This document shows, in pieces, positions 39,453 to 47,689 of a stretch of DNA of 64,000 bases; positions within the stretch are counted from its first letter, which is position 1; every line of letters begins with the position of its first letter. Where the stretch lies: NCBI GenBank assembly GCA_963784675.1, contig CAWASE010000013.1, forward strand, positions 226,660 to 290,659, written 5' to 3'. Under the pieces are notes generated by a model. That model was not told where the DNA came from. It worked only from the letters and a program-made list of their open reading frames with translations, and did not search any database. Source of the stretch: an uncultured Actinomycetes bacterium (GTDB lineage Bacteria > Actinomycetota > Actinomycetes > Mycobacteriales > SCTD01). The position numbers and the translations under genes were made by a program.

Positions 39453-40115
39453 ATGCGCACCAAGCTCGCCACCGCCGCTCTGATCGGCTCCCTCGGCCTG
39501 ACCGGCGTCGCCGGCGCGGCCCTGCTCTCCCCGGCCGTGTCCTACGCGGCGACCGGTGCCGCGACCGCCGTCTCGGACCGCGCCGCCTCTCTCGCCAGCA
39601 CGCTGAAGGGTCTGGTGAGCGACGGCACCATCACCCAGGCGCAAGCCGACAAGGTCGCCTCCACGCTCGCCGCGGCGGCTCCGGCCCGCGGTGACGGCGG
39701 CCCCGGGCACGGCCGCGACGGAGGCGGCGGCGGCCGGGTCGACCAGGCCGCTGCCGCCACCGCGCTGGGCCTGTCCGCCGACGCGCTGCGGACGCAGCTG
39801 GACGCGGGCAAGACCCTCGCGCAGGTCGCCGACGCCCAGGGCGTGGACCAGGCGACGCTGGTGAAGGCGCTGGTCACCTCGGCGAAGGGGCGGCTGGCCG
39901 ACCAGGTCGCCTCCGGCCGGATCACCCAGGCGCAGGCCGACACCCGGGCCAGCACCCTGCAGGCCGAGATCACCGAGCACCTGGACGACGTCTGCCTGCC
40001 CGGGGGCGGCGGCCCGGGCCACGGCCCGCGCGGCAACGACGGTGACGCCGACGACGCCCCGGCCACCACCGCGTCGCCCGCTCCCGCGACGGCGGGCGCC
40101 GGCAGCGCCGCCTGA
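39453..40115 (+). CDS. secreted LTxxQ-like protein with Gly/His/Asp-rich tracts (paralog of 32206-32898)
   Basis: AGGAGA RBS. Signal peptide ...LLSPAVSYA-ATG. LKGLVSDGTITQAQADKVASTL is nearly identical to the paralog. GKTLAQVADAQGVDQATLVKALV...RITQAQADTR. Tracts GDGGPGHGRDGGGGG and PGGGGPGHGPRGNDGD. Confidence 0.7.
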   Translation: MRTKLATAALIGSLGLTGVAGAALLSPAVSYAATGAATAVSDRAASLASTLKGLVSDGTITQAQADKVASTLAAAAPARGDGGPGHGRDGGGGGRVDQAAAATALGLSADALRTQLDAGKTLAQVADAQGVDQATLVKALVTSAKGRLADQVASGRITQAQADTRASTLQAEITEHLDDVCLPGGGGPGHGPRGNDGDADDAPATTASPAPATAGAGSAA

Positions 40116-40131
40116 CCCCGCTCCACCCCTA

Positions 40132-40165
40132 CGACAGCCGGCTCCCGAGAGGGGGCCGGCTGTCG
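40132..40165 (+). terminator. stem-loop terminator
   Basis: cgacagccggctccc-gaga-gggggccggctgtcg. A 15-bp stem with one G-U pair, 17 nt after the stop codon. Confidence 0.6.
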
Positions 40166-40251
40166 GCGTCCCGGGCCGGCCAGGCGGCCTCGGGTCTGCC
40201 TCGGTGACGCAGGGCCGGTCGGCGGCCGCGCCTGCGGTGGACACTGTCAGG

Positions 40252-41550
40252 GTGTCCCATTCCACGCCGTCCCGTCCTCCTGGCGGGGAGCTGGCCCCCG
40301 CCGTCGCCCGCGCGCTCGACGAGGTGCGCGCGGAGGATCTCGTCGCGCTGGTGCAGGAGCTCGTAGCGGTCCCGACCGTCACCGGCAGCGACGCCGAGAG
40401 CGAGGGACAGCACCTGCTCGAGCGACGCTGGCGCTCGGCCGGGCTCGAGACCGACCTGTGGTCGGTGGACCTCGCGGAGCTGCGGGCGCACCCGGACTTC
40501 CCCGGCTCGGAGGCGCCGCGGACCGAGGCCTGGGGGCTGGTCGGGTCCTGGGGCGGTGACGACGGGCCCACCGTCGTGCTCAACGGCCATCTGGACGTCG
40601 TCCCGCCCGGCGACGTCGCGCGCTGGTCCGACGGCCCCTTCTCCGGCCCGGTGCGGGACGGTCGCGTGTTCGGCCGCGGCAGCTGCGACATGAAGGGCGG
40701 GCTCGCCTGTCAGCTCGTCGCCGTCCAGGCCCTGCGACGGGCGGGGGTGCAGCTGCGCGGCCGCGTCCAGCTGCAGAGCGTCGTGAGCGAGGAGGACGGC
40801 GGGCTGGGCACCTTCGCGACCCTGCAGCGGGGGCACCGCGGTGACCTGGCCGTCATCGGTGAGCCGACCGCCGGCGCGCTGGTGACGGCGGCGGCCGGGG
40901 CGCTGACCTTCCGGCTCACGCTCACCGGCCGCGCTGCCCATGCGTCGCTGCGCGGCCGCGGGGTCGACGCCGTGGAGAAGTACCTGCTCGTGCACCAGGC
41001 GCTCCGACGCCTGGAGCAGCAGCGCAACACCGACGTCCCGCCCCTGTTCGGTGGCCTGGCCACGCCGTACGCCGTCTCGGTGGGGTCGCTGCGCGCCGGC
41101 GACTGGCCCAGCACCGTGCCGGAGTCGCTGGTGGCCGAGGGTCGGCTCGGGGTCGCGCTGGGTGAACCGGTGGCACACGCCCGCGCAGCCCTGGAGGCCT
41201 GCCTCGCCGAGCTGGGCGCCGAAGATGCCTGGCTGGCAGCACATCCGGTGCAGGTCGAGTGGTTCGGGGGGCAGTTCGCCAGCGGTCAGGTCGCGGCCGA
41301 CGCACCCGTCGTGCAGCTGGTCGCCGCCGCCCATGCGCGCGTCCACGGGCAGGCGCCGGCGCACGCCGCCGTTCCCGCCGGCACCGACCAGCGGCTGCTC
41401 ACCGGGCTGGGGGCCACCCCGGCGCTGCACTACGGCCCGGGCGACCTCGCGCTGGCGCACGCGCCCGACGAGTCGGTGCCCGTCGCCGAGCTCGTCTCGG
41501 TCGCGCAGGCGCTCGTGCTGGTGGTCGCCCAGGGGTGCGGCGTGCGGTGA
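40252..41550 (+). CDS. M20 family metallopeptidase (ArgE/DapE/ACY1/CPG2 type)
   Basis: VVLNGHLDVVPPG...FGRGSCDMKGGLA...QSVVSEEDGGLG...HAPDESV. The start is uncertain between GTG 40252 and GTG 40237. Confidence 0.8.
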   Translation: MSHSTPSRPPGGELAPAVARALDEVRAEDLVALVQELVAVPTVTGSDAESEGQHLLERRWRSAGLETDLWSVDLAELRAHPDFPGSEAPRTEAWGLVGSWGGDDGPTVVLNGHLDVVPPGDVARWSDGPFSGPVRDGRVFGRGSCDMKGGLACQLVAVQALRRAGVQLRGRVQLQSVVSEEDGGLGTFATLQRGHRGDLAVIGEPTAGALVTAAAGALTFRLTLTGRAAHASLRGRGVDAVEKYLLVHQALRRLEQQRNTDVPPLFGGLATPYAVSVGSLRAGDWPSTVPESLVAEGRLGVALGEPVAHARAALEACLAELGAEDAWLAAHPVQVEWFGGQFASGQVAADAPVVQLVAAAHARVHGQAPAHAAVPAGTDQRLLTGLGATPALHYGPGDLALAHAPDESVPVAELVSVAQALVLVVAQGCGVR

Positions 41551-41569
41551 CGCCGCCCCCGACGACAGG

Positions 41570-42289
41570 TCAGCGGCTGCGTAGGCGGTAGCGGCCGAGC
41601 AGCACGCCGTCGTCGCCGTCGAGCAGGTGCACGGTCTCCCACGGCACCGGGCCCGGCAGCAGCCGGTCGAGCAGGTGGGGCCCGCCGCCGACCAGCAGCG
41701 GCGCGTGCGTCAGGCACAGCTCGTCGACCAGACCGGCGACGAGCAGGTCGCCGAGCAGCCGGGGACCGCCCTCGCAGTGCAGCCGCGTCAGGCCGCGCTC
41801 GTGCAGCGCGGTCCGCGCCGCCGCCAGATCGATCTCGTGCGTCCCTGCCACGACGACGGCCGCGACGCGCTCGGCCAGCCGGCGTCGCCGCGAGGAGTCG
41901 GCGGCCTCGCAGGTGACCAGGACGGTGTCGGGGAGCAGGACCTGTTCCGGTAGGTCCAACGACGTGCTGACGATGACGAGCGGCGGCCGCCCGGAGCGTC
42001 CGTGGGCGGCGCGCCAGGCCTGCCCGGCAGGTCGGGGCCGCACCGGGCCGTAACCCTCGTCGCGGACGGTGCCGGCGCCGACGAGCACCGCGTCGCAGCC
42101 GGCCCGCAGCACGTGGAACACCTCTTGGTCGGCCGGGGACTGCAGGCCGCGGCTGCCTCCGTCGACCGCCACGACACCGTCGGCGCTGAGCACGAAGCCA
42201 CCGCGCAGCAGCGGTCCGTCGCCGGGGTCGTACAGGTCGAGCAGGTCGTCGGAGGTGAGCCGGTCCGGCTGCGGGGCGAGCAGCCGCAC
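41570..42289 (-). CDS. RibD C-terminal domain / dihydrofolate reductase-like pyrimidine reductase family protein
   Basis: SADGVVAVDGGSRGLQSPADQEVFHVLRAGCDAVLVGAGTVRDEGY...LHCEGGPRLLGDLLVAGLVDELCLTHAPLLVGGG. Confidence 0.75.
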   Translation of the reverse strand: MRLLAPQPDRLTSDDLLDLYDPGDGPLLRGGFVLSADGVVAVDGGSRGLQSPADQEVFHVLRAGCDAVLVGAGTVRDEGYGPVRPRPAGQAWRAAHGRSGRPPLVIVSTSLDLPEQVLLPDTVLVTCEAADSSRRRRLAERVAAVVVAGTHEIDLAAARTALHERGLTRLHCEGGPRLLGDLLVAGLVDELCLTHAPLLVGGGPHLLDRLLPGPVPWETVHLLDGDDGVLLGRYRLRSR

Positions 42290-42294
42290 CGTGG

Positions 42295-42972
42295 TCAGCC
42301 CTTGCGGCGGAAGCGTCCGGACAGCGAGCTCTTGCCGGCCTGCTCGGCGGGCTTCTCCAGGGCGGCGATGCGCGCGCTGAGGGTGTCGAGCCGGGCCTCG
42401 ACCAGAGCCATCCGGTGCTCGGGGGTCTGCGCGACCGGGCGGCCGGTGCTCTCGGTGGTCGCGGGCTTCGGGTTCGTGGCGTCGGACCGGTCGAGGTCGG
42501 CCTCGTCGGCGGCAGGCTGCGCGGCAGCAGCCTTGGCCTTGGCGGGCGCGACGCGAGCGGCGGCCGCAGCGGCGCGCGGCCGGACCGCCGGAGCCGTGCG
42601 AGGGGCCCGGTCGCGGTCAGCCGGCGTGCGGTCGGTGGTCGGACGGCTCGCGGCGGTGCGCCCGGGCGGCGTCGGAGCGACGTCCTCGACGGCGGCGGCC
42701 GGAGCGGGGACGCGGGCGCCACCGGTGCTCCCGCCCGTGCCGGCGCGGGCCGTGCCGGCGCTGCTCCTGGTCGTGCGTGACCCGGCCGGCTTCGCCGCCT
42801 TCGCGGCCGGCTTCTTCGTCGTCCGCGTCGCTGTTCCGGCCGATCCACCACCGCCGTCGGGCGCGGCGAGGTAGGCATCGCGCAGGTCAGCAGGCAGGCG
42901 GCCGCGGTCCGCGACCTCGATGCCGTTCTTGCGGGCCCAGGCCCGCACGTCCGAAGTCTCAGGTGTTGTCAC
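42295..42972 (-). CDS. Lsr2-type DNA-binding domain protein with inverted architecture (N-terminal DBD, disordered Ala/Pro/Lys region, C-terminal coiled coil)
   Basis: N-terminal VTTPETSDVRAWARKNGIEVADRGRLPADLRDAYLAA matches the Lsr2 C-terminal DNA-binding motif ([29 protein letters not shown] in Mtb). The GTG at 42972 is preferred because the identical leader occurs at another start codon. The longest ORF starts at 43005. Confidence 0.7.
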   Translation of the reverse strand: MTTPETSDVRAWARKNGIEVADRGRLPADLRDAYLAAPDGGGGSAGTATRTTKKPAAKAAKPAGSRTTRSSAGTARAGTGGSTGGARVPAPAAAVEDVAPTPPGRTAASRPTTDRTPADRDRAPRTAPAVRPRAAAAAARVAPAKAKAAAAQPAADEADLDRSDATNPKPATTESTGRPVAQTPEHRMALVEARLDTLSARIAALEKPAEQAGKSSLSGRFRRKG

Positions 42973-42987
42973 GCCGCTGATCCTAGG
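42973..42987 (-). promoter_or_regulatory. start-proximal motif CCTAGGATCAGCGGC (possible leaderless promoter, -10 TAGGAT 7 nt from GTG)
   Basis: The same 15-mer abuts the DUF3039 start codon at 61513-61527. TAGGAT fits the actinobacterial TANNNT -10 pattern. Confidence 0.45.
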
Positions 42988-43005
42988 GTAGTCAGCGGGG
43001 AACAC

Positions 43006-43713
43006 TCAGTGACCCATGCCGAGCCCGCCGTCCACGGGGAGCACTGCCCCGGTCACGTAGGACGCTCCGTCCGAGGCCAGAAATCCGATGACGGCGGCGA
43101 TCTCGTCCGGGGTGGCGGTGCGTCCGAGCGGGATCGCCGAGAGCAGCTCTGTGCGTCGGGTCGCACCGAGCTCGGCGGTCATGTCGGTGTCGACGTAGCC
43201 CGGCGCCAGCACGTTGCTGGTGATGCCGCGGCTGCCGAGCTCGCGGGCCAGCGAGCGCGACAGACCCACCAGCCCGGCCTTGCTCGCCGCGTAGTTGGCC
43301 TGCCCCGCGGCGCCCGACAGCCCGACGACGCTGGAGACGAAGACCAGGCGTCCCCACCGGTTCTTCAGCATCGCGCGGCTGGCCCGCTTGGCGACCCGGT
43401 AGGCGGCCGTCAGGTTCGTGTCCAGGACCGACGTGAACTGCTGCTCGCTCATGCGCAGCAGCAGGCCGTCGGCGGTGATCCCGGCATTGCTGACCAGGAT
43501 CTCGACGGGGCCCTGCGCCTGCTCGACCTCGGTGAAGGCGCGGTCGACGTCCTCGCTGGAGGTGACGTCGCAGCGCACGCCGAGCAGGTCCTCCGGCGGG
43601 TCGGAGCGGTAGGTGACCGCGACGCGGTGGCCGGCTGCGGCCAGGTGGCGTGCGGTGGCCAGGCCGATGCCGCGGTTGCCGCCGGTGACCAGGACCGAGC
43701 GAGTGCTCTGCAT
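43006..43713 (-). CDS. fabG: 3-oxoacyl-ACP reductase (SDR)
   Basis: VLVTGGNRGIGLA, NAG, NYAASKAG, and the C-terminal YVTGAVLPVDGGLGMGH. Confidence 0.85.
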   Translation of the reverse strand: MQSTRSVLVTGGNRGIGLATARHLAAAGHRVAVTYRSDPPEDLLGVRCDVTSSEDVDRAFTEVEQAQGPVEILVSNAGITADGLLLRMSEQQFTSVLDTNLTAAYRVAKRASRAMLKNRWGRLVFVSSVVGLSGAAGQANYAASKAGLVGLSRSLARELGSRGITSNVLAPGYVDTDMTAELGATRRTELLSAIPLGRTATPDEIAAVIGFLASDGASYVTGAVLPVDGGLGMGH

Positions 43714-43771
43714 GCGGGCAACCTACGTGTCGCGCCCGGAGACTGTCGGTGGTGCGTGGTGCCATACGGGC

Positions 43772-44338
43772 ATGGACGACTCCCGCGCTCCGGCTCCGTC
43801 CGGGCAGCACCGCACCGACGTCTTCAGCCAGCTGCCGAGCCTGCTGATGCGGGCCCTGGACACCGCGGAGGTGGGCGCTGCCGTCGACGCCCTGGTGGCC
43901 GGCGGCTGGCGGCCGGGGCAGCTGCGGCACCGCATCGGGTCGGCGCCGTCCCAGGGCAGCCTGGAGAACGACGCCCGCGCGGTGCTGGCCCTGTTGCGCA
44001 GCCTGCTCGAGACCGTCCCGCCCGATGTCGCGCACGCCCGCGCCTGGGCCGAGCGCCAGCGCGAGCGGGCCGAGCGCGCCGAGGCGCCGGCCGCCGCGCC
44101 AGAGGTCCGCGACCGTTACGTCGCGCAGATCAGGGCCGGGCTCACCGGTACCCCGCGGACCCGTCGCACTCCCGAGCCCCGGGCGCGGCCGGCCTGCAAC
44201 CTGTGCGAGGGCGACGGGGTCTTCTTCGTCTCGCACGAGGTGCACCTGTGCCGACGCTGCGTGGCCGTCATCGCCACCGGAGAGGCGCGCCTGGCTGCGC
44301 AGGGTGAGCCCGGCACCGGGTGGCACCGCACCGGCTGA
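43772..44338 (+). CDS. hypothetical protein with C-terminal Cys4 zinc-ribbon-like motif
   Basis: The ATG at 43772 comes after the fabG-antisense part of the ORF. CNLCEGDG...HLCRRC lies near the C-terminus. GC3 bias is moderate. No family was recognised. Confidence 0.45.
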   Translation: MDDSRAPAPSGQHRTDVFSQLPSLLMRALDTAEVGAAVDALVAGGWRPGQLRHRIGSAPSQGSLENDARAVLALLRSLLETVPPDVAHARAWAERQRERAERAEAPAAAPEVRDRYVAQIRAGLTGTPRTRRTPEPRARPACNLCEGDGVFFVSHEVHLCRRCVAVIATGEARLAAQGEPGTGWHRTG

Positions 44339-44380
44339 ACGCGCGAGAATCCGGCCAGCGGGCTCGGACGAACTCCCCTC

Positions 44381-46636
44381 GTGAGCGCCGCTGTGACCCG
44401 GCCAGAGGTGGCGCGGCAGACTGTCGCGGTGCCCTCCGTCGCTGCGTCACCACCTCCTGCCGCGCAGGGCGGGCTGGCGCACGAGCTCGACCGCGAGCAG
44501 CAGGTGCTCGACCGGGCGCTGGCGCGGCTGCAGGTGCTGCGGGCCGAAGCCGTGCAGCGCGAGAGCGAGAGCGTCCGGCCGACCGGCGGATCGCCCCAGG
44601 CCGTCTACGAGCGCGACGTCGCGGCGCAGGCAGCGGCCAACCGCCGGGCCGATCTGGACACCGCCGGCGAGGGGCTGCTGTTCGGGCGGCTGGACCGCGA
44701 CGACGGCACGGTCCACCACCTCGGGCGCACGGGGCTGCGCACCGACGCCCAGGAACCGATTGTGCTCGACTGGCGGGCGCCGGCGGCCGCCGCCTTCTAC
44801 CGGGCGACGGCGGCGGACCCGCAGGGCGTGCTGCGGCGCCGCACCATCACCTGCCGTCGCACCTCGGTGGTGGGCATCGACGACGAGCTCCTGGATCCCG
44901 AGGCCGCCGACCGGCTCGAGGGCTCGGTCGTCGTCGGCGACGGCGCTTTCCTCGCGGCCGTCTCTCGCGAGCGCACCGGACAGATGCGCGACATCGTCGC
45001 GACCATCCAGCGTGAGCAGGACGAGGCGGTCCGGGCGCCCGACGACGGGGCGCTGGTCGTGACGGGCGGCCCCGGTACGGGCAAGACCGCGGTGGCTCTG
45101 CACCGCGTCGCGTACCTGATGTACGCCCGACGGGAGTTCTACTCACGCCGCGGCGTCCTCGTCGTCGGGCCGTCGCCGGTGTTCGTCGACTACATCGGTG
45201 GGGTGCTACCCGGGCTCGGTGAGACGAGCGTCCGGCTGGCGAGCCTGGCCGACCTGCCCGATCTGCCGCGCGGCGAGCGTGTGACCGGCTGGGACGCCCC
45301 GGAGGCGGTCGCGGTCAAGGGCTCGCCGCGGATGGCCGAGCTGTTGCGGCTGCTCGTGCGGTCGCTGGGTGGCGCCAAGCGGGTCAGCGACCTGCCGATC
45401 GACCGTTGGGGGGCCACCGTCACGGTGCGCGGCCACGAGATCGCCCGCAAGCGCGCGCAGGTCTCGCGGGGAGCCCGCAGCCACAACAGCGGGCGTGCGG
45501 CGTTCACGGCCGGCCTGGTCGAGCTGGCCTGGCGGGCCTGGCAGCGGCGACCGGAGGCTCCGCGCGAGGAACCCGACGACCGTGAGGACTTCGGGGCCTG
45601 GGTGCGTGGCGACTCGGCCTTCCGGCGGGCCCTGGACGAGGCCTGGCCGGTGCTGCTGCCCTGGCCGCTGCTGACCCGGCTGCGCACCGGCGACGTCGTG
45701 CTGCGCGAGCTGGCCGGCGGGCTGCTGAGCGAGCGCGAGATCGCAGCGCTGGAGGACAGCTGGCGCAGCCGCCCGCAGGGTCCGGCGCCGTTGACGGCCG
45801 CTGACGCGGCCGTGTTCGACGAGCTCGCCGAGCTGCTCGGCGCGCCCCCCGTCGAGCTGGAGCCCGAGGACGACGGTTGGGACGAGCTGGCCGAGCTCGA
45901 CGCGCTGGCCCGCGAGTCGGAGGTGACCACGCACGCCGACCGCACCTCGCGGGCTCGACGCAGCGTCGCCGAGGAGCGCGACTACCGCACCTTCGCCCAC
46001 GTCGTCGTCGACGAGGCGCAGGACGTCACGCCGATGCAGTGGCGCATGCTCGGTCGTCGCGCGAGGGGGGCCACCTGGACCATCGTCGGCGACTGGGTCC
46101 AGTCGGCGTGGCCGGACGTCCAGGAGGTGCGCGACGCGCTCACCGGGGTGCTGGGACGCAGCCGGCTGCGCGAGGCCGAGCTGACGACGAACTACCGCAC
46201 GAGCACCGAGGTCGCGGTGCTGGCCGCCCGGCTGCTGCACCGGATCGATCCGTCGCTGCAGGCCCCCGCCGCCGTGCGCAGCACCGGTGTCGAGCCGCTG
46301 CTGCTCGTCGACGCGGATCCGCTCTCAGCCCTGCCGGCGGCGGTGTCGAGCCTGCTGGCGCAGGTCGGCGGCACGGTGGGCGTGGTCGCGCCGTACGCGC
46401 TCGCCGAGCAGGTCCGGCACCTGCTCCCGGCAGACCCGCGGCTGTCGGTGGTCGACCCGTGGCAGGTCAAGGGGCTGGAGTACGACGGCTGCCTGGTGCT
46501 GGACCCGCACGGGCTCGTCCAGGAGAGCCAGCATCCGGTCGCCGGGCTGCGCAGCCTCTATGTGGCCCTCACGCGCGCCACCCAGCGCCTGGTCGTGCTC
46601 GGCGAGCGCCCCCTGGAGAGTCTGCTGCAGCCCTGA
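44381..46636 (+). CDS. HelD/HelR-like UvrD-family (SF1) helicase, RNA polymerase-associated type
   Basis: N-terminal coiled-coil region, FGRLDRDDG...LGRTGL, and VLDWRAPAAAAFYRAT, which I recognise as typical of HelD. Walker A VVTGGPGTGKTAVALHR. VVDEAQDVTPMQWRML. C-terminal LYVALTRATQRLVVL. Confidence 0.8.
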   Translation: MSAAVTRPEVARQTVAVPSVAASPPPAAQGGLAHELDREQQVLDRALARLQVLRAEAVQRESESVRPTGGSPQAVYERDVAAQAAANRRADLDTAGEGLLFGRLDRDDGTVHHLGRTGLRTDAQEPIVLDWRAPAAAAFYRATAADPQGVLRRRTITCRRTSVVGIDDELLDPEAADRLEGSVVVGDGAFLAAVSRERTGQMRDIVATIQREQDEAVRAPDDGALVVTGGPGTGKTAVALHRVAYLMYARREFYSRRGVLVVGPSPVFVDYIGGVLPGLGETSVRLASLADLPDLPRGERVTGWDAPEAVAVKGSPRMAELLRLLVRSLGGAKRVSDLPIDRWGATVTVRGHEIARKRAQVSRGARSHNSGRAAFTAGLVELAWRAWQRRPEAPREEPDDREDFGAWVRGDSAFRRALDEAWPVLLPWPLLTRLRTGDVVLRELAGGLLSEREIAALEDSWRSRPQGPAPLTAADAAVFDELAELLGAPPVELEPEDDGWDELAELDALARESEVTTHADRTSRARRSVAEERDYRTFAHVVVDEAQDVTPMQWRMLGRRARGATWTIVGDWVQSAWPDVQEVRDALTGVLGRSRLREAELTTNYRTSTEVAVLAARLLHRIDPSLQAPAAVRSTGVEPLLLVDADPLSALPAAVSSLLAQVGGTVGVVAPYALAEQVRHLLPADPRLSVVDPWQVKGLEYDGCLVLDPHGLVQESQHPVAGLRSLYVALTRATQRLVVLGERPLESLLQP

Positions 46637-46679
46637 CCTGCCGGCCCTGACCTGTGCCGGCTCAGTCGCCGCGGCGGCG

Positions 46680-47102
46680 TCAGTCGCAGCCGCAGACGCC
46701 GCTGGCCGAGCGCACCTGGAAGCAGTCCGGGCAGGTGTTGGACTTGATGACGGCCTTCTCGACCTCGGCCTCGCGGGCGAGCGTGGCGGCGCGGGTGGCC
46801 GCGGCCTTCGCCGAGCGCTGCTTGGCCTTGGCCTCGACCGCGTCCCGCTCGGCGGTGACCGCCGCGTTGGCCGCGATCACGTCGGCGTTGTCCGCCTCGA
46901 AGACGCGACGCCGCACGGTGTCGGGGATGAAGTCCATCGACTGCTCGCACAGCAGCACCGCGACGTCCAGCGGCTGCTCGAGCGCGACCGTCTCGACGAT
47001 GTCGCCGAAGACGAGCTCGGGGTCGGCCTCGGCGAGGGCGTTGACGCGCAGCAGGGCGGCGTCGACGGCCTCCTGCAGCTCCGGAGCAACGGTGTCAGTC
47101 AC
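46680..47102 (-). CDS. conserved hypothetical protein with C-terminal CPDC...CGC motif
   Basis: Strong GC3 bias. GTG start with AGAGG upstream. It ends ...NTCPDCFQVRSASGVCGCD. It lies downstream of cspA on the same strand. Confidence 0.6.
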   Translation of the reverse strand: MTDTVAPELQEAVDAALLRVNALAEADPELVFGDIVETVALEQPLDVAVLLCEQSMDFIPDTVRRRVFEADNADVIAANAAVTAERDAVEAKAKQRSAKAAATRAATLAREAEVEKAVIKSNTCPDCFQVRSASGVCGCD

Positions 47103-47230
47103 GGTGGGGCCTCTGTTCGGTGCGGGGGGTGTGGGGTGCTGCGGGGATGTCGGTGCAGGGGCGGCACACTCGGCCGCTGCCTCCTGAGCTCAGTCTGCCC
47201 CAGATGGGCCGGCGTCGTGGTCGGCACGTG

Positions 47231-47266
47231 CGAAGGCCCGGCCCCCCGAGGGGAGCCGGGCCTTCG
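47231..47266 (-). terminator. stem-loop terminator after cspA
   Basis: cgaaggcccggccccc...gggagccgggccttcg. About 15 bp of stem with one mismatch and a 4-nt loop, 16 nt after the csp stop. Confidence 0.5.
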
Positions 47267-47281
47267 TGACGAGCGGTGGAG

Positions 47282-47485
47282 CTAGACCGGGCGGACGTTC
47301 TCCGCCTGCGGGCCCTTCGGACCCTGGGTGATGTCGAACTCGACGCGCTGGTTCTCGTCGAGCGACTTGTAGCCGTCCGTCTGGATGGCGGAGAAGTGGA
47401 CGAAGACGTCGGCGCCGCCGCCATCCTGCGCGAGGAAGCCGAAGCCCTTCTCGGCGTTGAACCACTTCACGGAACCCTGAGCCAT
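47282..47485 (-). CDS. cspA: cold-shock protein (CspA family)
   Basis: [67 protein letters not shown], with RNP1/RNP2 motifs. Confidence 0.95.
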   Translation of the reverse strand: MAQGSVKWFNAEKGFGFLAQDGGGADVFVHFSAIQTDGYKSLDENQRVEFDITQGPKGPQAENVRPV

Positions 47486-47556
47486 TGTGTCTCCTGTGTC
47501 GACCAGTCGGGCCGCACACGGTGTGTGGCCCGGAGTGGGAGCTGTCGAAGACGCAT

Positions 47557-47589
47557 GAACGCCCGCGACTCACACGTCCGCGGGCGTTC
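47557..47589 (-). other. 11-bp perfect hairpin in the presumed cspA 5' leader
   Basis: gaacgcccgcg-N11-cgcgggcgttc, 72-104 nt upstream of the csp ATG. csp genes usually have long structured leaders. Confidence 0.35.
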
Positions 47590-47689
47590 AAGAAACACGA
47601 GCAGAGAGGTGCAACTGCAACCAGCGCACAGCCTAACAGCACGAGGACCGCTGTGGGGTAGTTCTCCACCACCTCACCCGCAGGAGACA

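Noticed and set aside
44339-44380. Rifamycin-associated element upstream of the HelD-like gene.
   Set aside because: The 42-nt gap contains no palindrome or inverted repeat of suitable length.
46637-46679. Direct repeat cctgacctgccgg / cctgacctgtgccgg between the HelD-like gene and the convergent small gene, as a terminator.
   Set aside because: It is a short imperfect direct repeat, not an inverted one, and I could not draw a convincing stem. It is left unannotated.
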